A DNA stretch of 50,804 bases, counting the filler, from Jimgerdemannia flammicorona (taxonomy: Eukaryota): the NCBI GenBank assembly GCA_003990765.1. It is 2 parts of 2 records of this genome, joined end to end, with 100 filler letters (N's around TTAATTAATTAA, not from the genome) between each part and the next. Parts side by side here need not be neighbours in the genome. Positions count along the whole stretch, not along the records: positions 25,456 to 50,804 come from RBNJ01000843.1; 1 more part is not named here. One strand, written 5' to 3'. The position numbers and the translations under genes were made by a program. Position 1 is the first letter of the stretch; every line of letters begins with the position of its first letter. The notes under the pieces are model-generated. The model saw nothing but the letters and a program-made list of their open reading frames with translations, was not told the DNA's origin and did no database searches. Positions 38,185-50,804 of this stretch are shown piece by piece.

Positions 38185-41100
38185 ATGTTTGAGGAAGATA
38201 CAGACATCCTCTTCGACGCCTTCAACGCGGAGCCCGACAGCACCGACCAGGACTTTACTACGGACCTCTCCGCTGCCGCCGCTGCCACTACCGCTGCCAC
38301 CGCTGCCACCACCGCTGCCACTACGGCCGCCGTCTCCAAGAAGCGCCCTTTCGATGGGCTGGCCACGAACGGCAAGCAGCACACACGAGACGGCTCCTCC
38401 CCCATCGACACCGATGGGGACGTTGCTACCGAGTCGGAGCCCGCTTCCAAGAAGACTAAGAGAGGCTTCTTTCCAAAGCCGGTGCTGGCCGACGAATTCG
38501 AACAGGAAAGCTCGAGAGAAGTCGCCGCCATTCCTGGCTTGCAGAGTGAGAGTGCTGCCGCCGGAGCACCGGGATTAGTGTTGAGCCATCAGGTAACGTA
38601 GGATTAACGTAGTTCGTCTGCGGTTCCGCTCCAAAATAAAAACTAGAATCAATGGCATTCGAGGGGGTTCTTGAGGATCAAAACCGTTCACCAACCGTTT
38701 CCATTACCGTTTTCGTCTGCTTAATTTTTTAGGTTCGCCACCAAGTCGCCATTCCTCCCAACTACCCATATACCCCCATCTCACAACACGTTGCCCCCGC
38801 TGCCCCCGCGCGCACCTACCCATTCACCCTCGATCCCTTCCAGCGAGTCGCTATCTCGTCGATCGAACGGTGCGAGTCTGTACTTGTCTCTGCGCACACG
38901 TCCGCTGGCAAGACGGTCGTCGCTGAGTACGCCATCGCCCAGAGCCTTCGGGAGAAGCAGAGGATTATCTACACGAGCCCCATCAAGGCCCTCTCCAACC
39001 AGAAGTATCGTGAACTTCTCGCCGACTTCGGCGACGTGGGCCTCATGACTGGAGATGTCACTATAAACCCCGCGGCGTCGTGCCTGGTCATGACTACGGA
39101 AATTTTGAGGAGCATGCTGTACCGCGGGTCGGAGGTCATGCGCGAGGTTGCATGGGTTGTATTCGATGAAATACATTATATGCGTGATGTTGGTGAGTAC
39201 GCCGTCATATTGGGGATTTTCTCTTGCACCTATGAATTGTGCTGTAACTTCAAAATTTGTACTTGTTCCTTCTCTTTAACACGCAAACTCGTCTTTCAGA
39301 TCGTGGTGTCGTTTGGGAAGAGGCCATTATCCTCCTCCCTCACAAGGTGCACTTCGTCTTCCTGTCTGCCACAATACCCAACGCCATGGAATTCGCCGAG
39401 TGGATCTGCAAGATGCACGAACAACCCTGCCACGTCGTCTACACTGACTTCCGTCCCACCCCACTGCAGCACTATCTCTTCCCGAAGGGCGGTGAGGGCA
39501 TCCACCTGGTCGTCGACGAAAAGGGCGTGTTTCGCGAGGACAATTTCCAGAAGGCCATTGGCGCGCTGACCGACGCACAGGGGGAGGATCCGGCGGCCGT
39601 AAACGGTGGCCGGGCCAAGAAAAAGTCTCAGACAAATAAAGGGGGGAAAAGGGATGGTGGGTGTTCATTTTGTTTCACTTGTTTGGATGAGGATTTGTTG
39701 TGATATTATGTTTTTCTAACGCTGTCCTCTATCTTTTCGCGCAGGCCCATCTGACATTTATAAGATTGTGAAGATGATTTTGATGAAGAATTACCACCCC
39801 GTCATTGTTTTCAGTTTTTCGAAACGCGAGTGCGAGGTATTGGCGTTGCAGATGAGCAAACTGGATTTCAATGATAGTACGCTTTACCCGTTCTTTCTGG
39901 TCCTTAATTTAACGAACCGATAAAAATAGATCAAGACAATTTACATCTCTTTCCCTCACATTACCTAACCTGAACAGCGGCCGAACGCGATATGGTCTCC
40001 AACGTCTTCCACAACGCCATCAACTCACTCTCCGAGGACGACCGCAAGCTTCCGCAGATCGACCACATTCTCCCGCTGCTTCGTCGTGGTATTGGCATCC
40101 ATCACGGTGGTTTGCTCCCGATCCTCAAGGAGGTGATCGAGATCCTCTTCCAGGAGGGTCTAATCAAGGTCCTGTTCGCCACTGAAACCTTTTCCATTGG
40201 CCTCAATATGCCTGCCAAGACTGTCGTCTTTACGAGCGTAAGGAAGTTTGACGGGAGGAACTTCCGATGGGTCAGTTCTGGGGAGTATATCCAGATGTCC
40301 GGGCGTGCGGGGCGTAGAGGTCTCGATGATCGTGGTATTGTGATTCTGATGTTGGACGAAAAGATGGAGCCCGCGGTGGCGAAGAATATGGTCAAGGTTG
40401 GTTAGGTGCTTTGTGGCACTGTAGTATACATGGTTTGATTTGGTTCAATGGTTTGATGAACACACAGTTTTTGTTACATTCAATTCATTTCATCTCTCTA
40501 TCATAGGGTGAAGCGGACAGACTCAACTCCGCCTTCCACTTGAGCTACAATATGCTTCTCAACTTGATGCGTGTCGAAGGCGTCAGTCCCGAATTCATGC
40601 TGGAACGGTGTTTCTTTCAGTTTCAGAACAATTCTAGCGTACCGGCTCTCGAGAATGGTAAGCCGTCTATCTCTTTATCGATCTGTGACTTATGCTTTCG
40701 TCGTTTGTTATATATACTCGGTACTGTACATGTTGGTCTAACTATCTCTCTTGCCCATACGATTGTTTCTAGAACTATATCAATTGGAGCAAGAAAAGGA
40801 CTTACTCATAATCGCACGCGAGAACGACATCGCCGAATACTACGATCTCCGTCAGCAACTGGACACATACGCGCGCGACATGCGCGACGTCATCAACCAC
40901 CCTAACTACTGCCTCCCCTTCCTTCAACCGGGCCGCCTGGTAAGGGTCCGGCACGACGACCTTGATTTCGGGTGGGGCGCCATTGTCTCGTATCAGAAGC
41001 GCCAGAACAAGTGGAAGCATGAACAGGGCGCCGAGGCTGAGGCCCAGTACATCCTCGACGTGTTATTGTACTGCTCAACCGGCGGAACAGTATCCAAGAA

Positions 41101-42608
41101 TGCGGATGGGACAGGGACCGGCGTGAGGCCGCCAAACACTGGGGAAAAGGGTGAGCTGAAGGTATGTGTGACTTGTGATGGTTTCTCTGGATTGATTTGT
41201 GCATGGCTGTTCTTGATTAAGAAAATCTTAACCCCCACACCCATCGTCATATTTGCCTTTCGATTCAGGTCGTCCCCGTATTGACAGCTACCCTCGATGG
41301 CCTTAGCCATGTGCGCCTGTTCCTCCCCAAGGACCTGCGGCCTTTAGAGCAGCGCCAGGCGGTCTACAAATCGATCCAGGAGGTCAAGTCACGGTTCCCG
41401 GACGGGATCCCGTTGTTGGATCCGATCGAAAATCTTGGTATCAAGGATGAAGCATTCAAGAAATTGGTTAGGGTGAGTGTCCGTTTCGGAACATTGTCGT
41501 TGAAAATATCGCTTTGCGTTGAGTGTTGAAACTGATTCGTTTGTCTGGCACCGAAAATGGATTTGCTATTATAGAAAATTGAGGTCCTCGAGAGCAAGCT
41601 GCTTTCGAACACATTGCACAAATCACCGGAACTATCGACCCTGTACGATGCCTACGCGAAAAAGGTTGATCTAACAAACAAGATTAAACAGGTCAGGAAA
41701 AAAATTCAGCAGGCGCATTCGATTATGCAGCTTGAGGAGCTCAAGTGCCGAAAGCGTGTGTTGAGGAGGTGGGTTTCGAAGAACTCTACGTTGGGGGTTT
41801 TGGGATGTGGAAAAGGTAGTGGAATTCAAAATACCTCTGCAAATGCAATTCCCTGACGCCTTTCATCTCTCTTTTGCCGCCCAGATTGGGTTTCACATCG
41901 TCGGCCGATGTCGTGGAGATGAAGGGTCGTGTGGCGTGCGAGATCAGCTCGGGCGACGAGCTGCTGCTGACCGAGATGATTTTCAATGGTCTGTTCAACG
42001 ACATGACGGTGGAGCAGTGCGTATCGCTGTTGAGCTGTTTTGTGTTTGATGAGAAGGTTGTATCAACGATCATCCGGTTATCGTTGTGTTTGCTGCTGAT
42101 TCAATAACCATTGCTAACCACATAAATCCTTTCCACGATCCTGCAGACCGAAGAAAAAAGCAAGTTACAGGAAGAGCTCGCCAGCCCCCTCCGCACGATG
42201 CAGGAGGCGGCGCGGCGGATTGCCAAGGTCTCGATAGAGTCGAAGCTCCCCCTGAATGAGGAGGAGTACGTGAACCAGTTCCACCCCGAGCTGATGGACG
42301 TGGTCTACGCGTGGTGTCAGGGCGCTAAGTTCTCGCAGATCTGCAAGATGACCAATGTGTTCGAGGGGTCCCTCATCCGCGTATTCCGTAGGCTCGAAGA
42401 ACTTCTCAGGCAGATGTGCATGGCGGCAAAGAGTATCGGAAACACGGAGCTCGAGAATAAGTTCGCTGAAGGTAGGCGTTCTTGACTCAGCGTGATATTT
42501 TCTGATTTCCCATTGCAAATACTTATTTTTTCTCTCCTCGTCTATCTCGCTACAGGTATCAACAAGATCAGAAGGGACATCGTCTTCGCCGCCTCTTTGT
42601 ATCTCTGA
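38185..42608 (+). CDS. MTR4: Ski2-family DExH RNA helicase Mtr4/Dob1. 12 exons: 38185-38592, 38733-39192, 39300-39656, 39745-39876, 39978-40396, 40507-40657, 40773-41161, 41269-41472, 41575-41768, 41885-42056, 42147-42471, 42556-42608
   Basis: [72 protein letters not shown], arch/KOW region, C-terminal [15 protein letters not shown] introns. Confidence 0.96.
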
Positions 42609-42951
42609 GCACGGCAATCTTCTGTTACCAAAGACTTGTATAAAAAAAAGCTTTCTGTTACTTTCTGTTAAATAGTTAGATCGATTTTTTGGTCTAATTT
42701 GTACTTCCCATAGTGTTTTAAAGTTTGCATCATGATGGGTGTACATTCGTCACCGGCATCACATCGAATTGAACCAAATAAAAGTTGTGTACAAACCAAA
42801 TAGCAAACACGATCCACACCAAGGTCACAAATTACCCAGATAGTACAACATTTAACAAGCACAGATAATTACATACAGTCGGATTATATTTAATATTTCA
42901 GATCTCGCCACTCGCCATAGAAAAAATCTTGGTCCAATTCGAAATCAAAAT

Positions 42952-42986
<35 letters not shown>

Positions 42987-43020
42987 TGACCAAAATAGCA
43001 GAATAATATTTCGGTACAGT

Positions 43021-46000
43021 TCAGAATTTCAAAGAATAGCCGATATCAACTGTATTGGGGGGGGGATTGTATGCAGTTGAGCCGGTTAGAACGAGAATAA
43101 AGTATAGTTATACCAACCTTCTAACATTCCTTCAAAATCATTGGAAAGCAACCCTGTGAACCAATAAAGACAAACCGTGAGCAAGCTTACCGAAGCGTTT
43201 CTTGTGTGTATCAGCAGCGTCTCGCTGTATTACATCTGTGGCAGGATCAGCCCACAAGAGCACAATTTCGTCTCCGAGTTTCAATGGTTGCATGGTTCGC
43301 GGTGGGAGTCTCTCGCCGTTGAGGTAGGTGCCGTTTATGCTCATGTCTTCAACGTAAGTAACACCATCTTTACGGGTGATCATACAGTCTTTTTTTTTTT
43401 GGATGGCGGGAATAATAGAGTTACCGATCTATGTAAATACAAAAGCCTACCATTACGGGATGTGTAGGAAACTAAACGACGAGTAGAGGGACACTTACGA
43501 TGAGCACTAATATGCGGATTCTTGAATCGCAATATTTCTGGGCAATCTGGATGTGGGAAAAAAAGCACGCGAAGTATTGTCTGTCACCACTGACGCTTAT
43601 TTCGAGTTATGCTGATTGTCATCGTGAAGCAAGGACCTACCCGTTTGCCTCCCAATAAAAATGGTGTCGTCGATCAACCAAACATGAGGATAAACAGGGT
43701 TGAGCGATAAAAGCCGACCCCAGGGTGTTGGGATATCGCAGGGTGATGACTACGGGAACGATGTTAAATACCCAATCTTAATTCGAAACAGGCTGTGGCA
43801 ACACAACAGAACTACATCAAAGGAGACAAGAGCAAGAATGAGGTCTAATTACCAGAGCGGGTCTTAATTGGGAAGCTCCTAAGCGGAATGACATCTATAC
43901 AATCAATATACAAGTAAAATGTGAAAGGAGATGTATCGTTCAATTAAGAACGTCGCAGAACATATTGGCATAGAAAATCAGAAGAGAGCAAGATCAAACA
44001 TCAAAACCTCGGGATCATGCTCTTCTGTCGTTCGTCGACGTAGCTTAGTAGGTCGCTCCTACATAAATGGAAATTCAAGAAATAGAATATATGTCAAAAC
44101 AAACCATTGATCCGGTAATAATATGAGAAAAGGACACAACACGCTTTCCCGAATACTATCTGTGCGATAGCCCACGAAGACGAAAGACTCACCTCAGGGT
44201 GATTTGTGCTTTCTGTCTTCATCATTGATGGCGATAGGGGAGCTAAACGTCGCCGGCATATCAAATCTGTTTTGAATTCATATTTAATAAAATCTGGAAA
44301 GATTCGGAAATTCAATCATAGGAACAAGGTGAGGAAGTTTTCAGAGGCACGTAAAAGATCTGTTGATCAAAAAAGCAAAGACGGTACATCCAAAAAAAAG
44401 TTCACGCATAATACTATAATTACCATCTTGATTAAAATTGTTGTAGATCACAGCAACTTCTTCCCCATCCTTGATTTCTATTGCTTCGTATTTCCGAATT
44501 CGCTGATTTCCAAGGTAGACCCCATTTCCGCTTTAATGCAAGATGGAACAGGGGAAAGCCATAAGACGCAAAATTCGATATGCGAGCGATGGAGTCGATG
44601 GGATACAGAACAATGAAACAGAATTAGACCGGTGTCAGAACCATACCTTGTGTCTTCCACAAAATACTTATCACCATCTTTCCAGAATGTGCAATGTTTG
44701 GATGATACGCGCCCGTCATTCAGTATCACCTGACAAGCTGGTTTGCAGTCGTGCAAGGGAAAGAGAGATGGGTAGACACAGCATAAGAAGGTCAATGCAG
44801 CGAGTTCTCAATCGTGATTGGTGCGATAATAATGATATATAACTAAGCCGTGAAAAGCAATAAAATGAACTTGATACCCACAGTGACTCCTCCCTATCGT
44901 TACCCGGTCGGCCCAACATCCAGCATCAGTTCCTTCCCTGCTCCTATCCACGAGCCGCAGCACTGCCCATGGAACATCCTCTTCTTTTATATTATCATCG
45001 TCTTCCGTATTAATACTTTGCCCATTTTCTGTAAGAATCGATTGATTAACACGAGTCGAATTACTCGCATAATCAAAATCCATATCCGTGATACCGTCTA
45101 CTGGCTCAGTGCAGCGATAGTAGGGCATGGTCGACTCGTTGAACTTATCATTTCCCATATTATCATCCAGAGGTAAGGTATTCGTACGGCCAATACGGGT
45201 AGTGCTACTTTGAGAAGGTAGGGCATCTACGGCGCCAACGCCCGCCGACGTCACGATCTCCATGGGGAACGTTGGTGTCTGATCTATGTCATGCACGGGA
45301 CTTTCCGGGTCGGTTGAAGGTGCCGGCCGTTTTTTGTTGGTTACGGTGGTGATATGCGTTGATTCGGCAACTTGAAGTTTGGATTGTGCTCGCGTGACGC
45401 GGCGTGGGGAACCTGGGGAGCCTGAGGAGCTGTGCTTTTGAACGCGAGTCTTAGGTTGTGCTTGAGGTCGGTCGATGTTCGAAGGGCCAGCCTCCGTGGT
45501 AAGCTCGGGGGCAGAAAGGAACTCGTTACTTTCGAAGATGTGCGTGAGGCCTGTGCTCAGTGAAGGCCGAAATCCATCTGAATTACGTACAATGTCGTCA
45601 TAACGAGAATGAGACGAAAGGAGTCACCAAATTGGCTTCTTTTGTGCATGATTGACAAACCAATGGTCGAGGCATTATGTTGCTTTTAAAGAGCTTACCC
45701 CTCCTATACATACCCGAGCTCAGCTCTCTCTTCAAAGGGATCGGGAGCTCCGACGATACCTCTTGTACCGTTTCAATTTTGAAATCCACCTGTGCAGCGA
45801 TTGTATGGCCATTGGAGATATGGTTCATAATATATATTAATCGTATCTTACAATTACAAAGATTTGCATTTACCGTAGTAGTCGTAACATCCATTAGCCA
45901 AGGATGCTTCAACGCCTCGTCTGCTGTCATTCTCTGTTTAGGGTCCACTTCCAACAGCCTTGTCACAAAATCCTTGGCTGGTGGCGAATGATGAGATGCG

Positions 46001-48835
46001 ACAGATGGATCATGTAGGTTAACACCAATTTTTTTTATCATGGGCATTTGTGAGCAATCTGTCGTCAGATCTTTTACAAAGGTGACATTCGACTCGAAAT
46101 TGTGGCGGAAACCCACCTAAATCACTATACCCTCCTTCAGCAGTAAAAGGTGTCAAGTCCAAGTCGCCTTGTGTGATAGCATCCGTGAGAGCCTTTTGCG
46201 TCGAGCATTCGAAAGGCATTTTGCGCGCGATCCTGGAATTAGATACATCATCAGTAACTTAGATGTGGGATATAGCTCTCCATTTCTGTTTAAATAGGCT
46301 ACACTAATGAAAATTTGGATTAGCGGAGTTATGCAACCTCAGGGTGTACATACATCTGGTAAACAACGACGCCGACCGACCACAAATCTGGAATGGAAAG
46401 ACAACATCAATAAAGCAATGTGTGGAGACAAAAACATCACTTTGCCCAATCTGCAAGGCCACGCCCGTGATGTTTAAACCCTAGTCTATCTTTCCTCAAC
46501 GTCCGTACGGATGCTACATATGTGTTATATAAATGCTGCTTACCAACCGCTTTCGAATAGGGCTCCTGCTCCGAATTATTTTGAGCTTCCTTATTTTGAG
46601 CTTCCGGTGCCTGATAAGCTGGTGTCCCGCATATTGTTTTAAGCATCGTCTCATTGGCTCCTACGAACTTGGCGAGACCTGCATTTCGACAGATGACAAC
46701 TTGTAAGAAAAGATGTTGTCGGCGTGATCAGGGAGTAATTTTGCATGGCAAACGGATGTCTTGCAGATTCCTTCGGTCAACTGCCCATACCAAAAATGGT
46801 CAAAAAGCCTTATAAGCCTATCAGAAGCTCATATGAGAAACGTAAACTTTAACCTCGAACCCACCGAGATCCGAAAGCTTAACAAAATTACGATCAGGCA
46901 AAGTGAGGAGGATGTTGTCAGGCTTGATGTCTCGGTGCACAAAACCCTTCTCGTGCATGTACTGTGTTAACATTAGTGTCAGATCAAAAGTACAGTTAGG
47001 TGATGATGAGGAGTGGAAGGAATAGTAAGATTTCGGGAGAGTGGACGAATGAATGGGACATTCGTGTTCTGAGCGTAAGGTGTTATCTTGAACAGTCAAC
47101 AATCTTACTTTTATCATATATATGTAGCCGCACGTTTTACATACCTGCACTGCCTCGCAAATCTGCCTTGTTAAATGCTTGACCTCGGACTCCTCCAGAA
47201 CAGGCTTCTTGCCCAAATAACCGTTTAGATCGCCGCCCGACACAAACTCCATTATAATCCAGTAAGTTTTGGGGTCGCGATAAAAATCAATGAAGGAAAC
47301 GATGTGTTGCTGCGTGTATAGAAATATTTGGGGGTTTGAAGGTGGGTGAACGTTGAATGCTTCAGCAAGAGTGTGTATGTTGAATTTACCATGAAACGAA
47401 TCAAAAAGGATTACTGACATGGTTCAGGCGTTTAAGGATCTCAACCTAAAGTTCACGATGGACCAGCAATACGAGGAAGAGAGCACAAATAGTCGCATTG
47501 AATAATCTGCCCAACATGGTTAAATACCGGATCGTGCGCTACCCCATAGTCCCTTTAGAACTTCTCTCACCACAAACAACTTATGAAAATCCGATGACAT
47601 ACCTCACGCTCAAGCGCCCTGAGAACGGCCGGCTGGCTGGCCCACTTATGCATATTTATAATCTTGCATGCATATTGGTCACCAGTGCTGCGATGAATAG
47701 CTTGTTTAACTATGGAAAAATTGCCGCTAGACAGAGAGAATATTTGTAAATTTTAGTCGTGAATATGTCAGTGCGATATGTATATGGATAGGAAGGAGGA
47801 GGCTGCGGTAACTCACGATCCGATGAAGTCCCGAATGTCATATGTATCGTTCACCTGCAACCGAAAACCATTTTCAAAAAATACGTGAGAGTATAAGCAA
47901 AGAGCCACAGCAGCAATGTGCAACTATAGACAAGCGGAAAGTGTTGTACTATAACATGTACTTACTTCTGTTGAATCATCCTTCGCACTACGTTGGAGGA
48001 AGATGTAGGCTGATGTTTTGTACGTAGATAATCCAAAGTTCGCGATTGCAGATAGAAACATTGAATAGTGTGTGTCGAAGGATTATAGCAAACAAAATCA
48101 AGCCAATGAGACGGATTCAAGTTATGAGTAAATGATGAAAAAGAGCCAGAACCAAACGACGAGCTCATTATCGACGAAGACGATCAGTAAAATTGCTCAC
48201 AGAGAAATTTTTTATTGCCCGAACCATCCGGCGTTGTTCCGCCCAACGTGATTTCGTCTCCGTTGGACAGGACCGTTTTGTTGGCTTTGCCGATTCTCTT
48301 CCCCCTGACGTAAGTGCCACATGTACTTGTCAAGAAGGCAATGTGTAAAGATAATTGTTAAAAAGGCAGTTGTGTTATGAAAGCCAGAGGATAAGTCGAG
48401 TGAAAATGTTAGGTTGGTACCTTTTGTCTTCAATGAAGATCGTGCGTGTTTGGTTGGGAGAATCCGAGCTATCTCCCTGCACGAAAAGAAGTCACCGAAT
48501 TGAGTAGAGTGGGGATCATGGTGCGGCGACACGTAAAAATTTACAGCAGGCTGGCACGAATATCACCAGCTGATTTCGTGAACAGAAAAACTCACCACAT
48601 ATACCTCGAAGTGTCTATGTGAGATTCCGTTAAGATCAGGAAGCACGACATTGCAGGCAGGATCTTTTCCGACGAGGTACTTTTCGTGCTCTGGGGTGAG
48701 AAGTATTTCTTCCAGATCCTTGCCATGGAGAGGCGCGAGTCTGCCATATACTACACTGCCGTTGTCCTCGTAGTTTTCATCAGACACAGGTTGGGTTGGC
48801 TGAGTGCCCCTCAGTTCCTGAGAGTTCTGTTCCAT
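43021..48835 (-). CDS. Rad53/Chk2-family checkpoint kinase: SQ/TQ cluster-FHA-kinase-FHA-FHA, multi-exon
   Basis: MEQNSQELRGTQPTQ; FHA1 YGRL..VGKDPAC..ISHRHF; kinase GSGNFSIV, YACK, MEFVSGGDL, HRDIKPDN, DLG, ICGTPAYQAPE, DLWSVG, RMTADEALKHPW; FHA2 TIGRSHC..VSSKHC..NGVY; FHA3 FIGRQ..ISAH..DMSINGTYLNG; ends DIGYSLKF*. Confidence 0.88.
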
Positions 48836-49606
48836 TTTACTGTCGCGGCAGAAACAAAAGGAACAGTTGCCGAAAACTGTTTTAAATGGGCGCGAAAACA
48901 CGTCAGTAAGCCACAAATCAACGTGATTCATGTGGATTGCGCACATGGTAATTACATGAACGCGTATCTTGGCGGTTTTACGTCTCCTTTTTGCTATGTC
49001 CAGTCTTACCTAAGCGCCCATTGCCAACGCGTAGCGCAAGAAGGTAAAGATGAGTTCCTGTGGGTAGTACTTCCACACAATAACTTTATTCTACAGAACA
49101 AGATGTACATTGGTCGCGATTATTACTCATTTGGAAAGAATGCTTCTTTTGATTTCATAAATTGAGGGTTTTCAATGGTAGGTCTTTGAGAAAATATTAT
49201 TTGTTTAAAGTGAATTTATATTATAACTTTTTAATAATTAATTTTATAATTTTAATCTATAATTATTTTTTTAAATCAACTTCAACAAAAATAGATATAA
49301 CTCTTTATGTAGTATGTATTGATAGAATATTATATGACAACTCTACAATATTTTGTCAGATCTCCATATTGTCAGAAAGACAAAGGTCCTTTGCATGTGA
49401 TAGCAGAACATCAAATGACTGGAGTTTTATTCTGTCCAAGAACCATTGTGCAAAATTGGTTCCAAAATCTCATGTATAATCTTTAAAAAAGAGACATTGC
49501 TCCCAATCTCATGACTCCCCCAACTAGTCTTGTGATGGTCCCACTTCCATAGGCTTCTTTTAGCATCCAGCAATATAAAATTCGCCGAGATTCCCTTCGC
49601 CAAGGG

Positions 49607-49696
49607 CCCCTTTGTTTCTCCCGTAACGTAAATCCACTTCCCCTTTGTTTCTCCCGTAACGTAGACCCATTTCCCCTTTGTTTCTCCCGTAACGTA
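49607..49696. repeat. 33-bp-period tandem repeat x3 (core CCCCTTTGTTTCTCCCGTAACGTA)
   Basis: Exact 24-bp cores at 49607, 49640 and 49673, between TATAAAA (~49574) and ATG 49718. Confidence 0.9.
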
Positions 49697-49717
49697 CCCA
49701 TTCTTTCTGTTTAAAAG

Positions 49718-50774
49718 ATGGAAACGAGTTCAACGGAGACGAGTTCAGCCGCCGTCCAGAGAACGTGGGATCCCTACTTCGACGTTTCCTCCCGACAAAG
49801 GCTCTTATCAACATCGCGCACTTTTGCGAAGGAAGCGTTTGAACTCGAAAGATCACTGGAGTTGCTATCCGAGAAAGGCGGGGGGACCGCAAAAGCCTCC
49901 GCGCGCTCTTTGCTGGCAAGCTATAATGTGAGCATTACGAGGTGGCTCCTGGTTCTTTTTATTTGGCAAAGAATCATCGGAGGAGATCGATTTATTCTGG
50001 ATCAAAATAGAGGTTTCTTGCAAGATTAAAAATGCTATATCATATATATACATTTTTCTGAAATATTTTATCTCATGATACTGCCTTTTATTTTATTAAA
50101 CCACTCACATTATTGAATACGGCCTTGCATTCTGTAGAAAGATAAAAGAAACGTCTCACGGGGAAAGAGCCGGAGAGCGAAGGAGTGGAATATTGACGGA
50201 GACGACATCAACGTTTGACAGTCTTCGGCAGGAAAGGCGAATTGAAATTTTCATCCCACCCTGGCGAAATCCTGTAAGATTACATTTCATTCTGATATAT
50301 ATTTGCATGGCTTTTGATCCTTGCTAAGGCTCCGAACGGATACGGATATAATTGAATTTATCCTACGGATATCGGGTTCGATCCAATCCAGATTGTCAAT
50401 TTATATATCAGATCTGTTCAGATCGATTATGTATACCCCGTATTGTTCTTAATTTTTACACTCTTTTTTTTAAATATATATATATATATATATCGATAGC
50501 CCTGAATTCTATCCTGCTACTCGAAGAAACCTCGAGACGTGCATCGTTGGACATCAATCAGACAACAAGGGCCGATATGTTTAAAGTCTTACGAGCAAAA
50601 CATTCGAAAACAGAGTTGCCTGGACTAGTCCAAAAGACTGCACAGGCTGCAAGAAACTGTTCCAAAGAGATTCTAGAAGAACTACTCGACAATACACATT
50701 TTGAACTGCGACAGCAAGGAAAGAGTGCAAAATATAAAAAGTTGCTGAGAATGTCACCAAGTTTGGATGCATAC
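49718..50774 (+). pseudogene. Unknown spliced gene or pseudogene, running off the window end
   Basis: Exon 49718-49927 (GTGAGC donor); possible exon 50138-50273 with in-frame stops; open exon 50500-50774 bounded by TAG and GTAAGT (LNSILLLEETSRRASLDIN..SLDAY). Confidence 0.4.
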
Positions 50775-50804
50775 GTAAGTTTTTTTTTTTTTTTTTTTTT
50801 TTTT

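Noticed and set aside
38185..42608. Functional link between MTR4 (RNA surveillance) and the adjacent TE block
   Set aside because: Adjacency alone is not evidence in a TE-rich genome.
42953..42983. Poly(A) run as a retrocopy tail
   Set aside because: No TSD or retroposed body; it is a homopolymer between convergent genes.
49607..49696. CRISPR-like 24-bp repeats
   Set aside because: Spacers are only 9 bp and similar to each other, the context is eukaryotic, and there are no cas genes; it is a tandem repeat.
50581..50772. Minus-strand 63-aa ORF resembling a secreted peptide
   Set aside because: The plus strand has an open frame bounded by good splice sites (50500-50774), which is the better explanation.

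Overview
Eukaryotic, intron-rich fungal DNA. The gene style and TE repertoire suggest an early-diverging fungus such as a Mucoromycota/Endogonales species, but this is inference only. The window has two compartments. (1) Positions 1-37982 are a nested transposon block, almost entirely CpG-free apart from the youngest element. A young, apparently intact intron-containing hAT element is inserted in Ty3/gypsy element E1. E1 and a full-length chromovirus E3 are both inserted in Ty3/gypsy element E2, which sits in an old hAT relic. After a 100-bp assembly linker come three same-orientation, nested L1/Tx1-like LINEs. (2) Positions 38000-50804 are CpG-rich and hold a 12-exon MTR4 helicase gene, a convergent Rad53/Chk2-like kinase with three FHA domains, and an unknown spliced gene or pseudogene. 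Highlights: RIP-like C>T/G>A hypermutation that is not limited to CpG (about 50 transitions to 1 transversion between the E3 LTRs, counted by eye); a dUTPase in all three LTR elements, in two different positions; a shared unannotated accessory ORF motif in E1 (inside the LTR) and E2 (env-like position); and the triple-FHA kinase.
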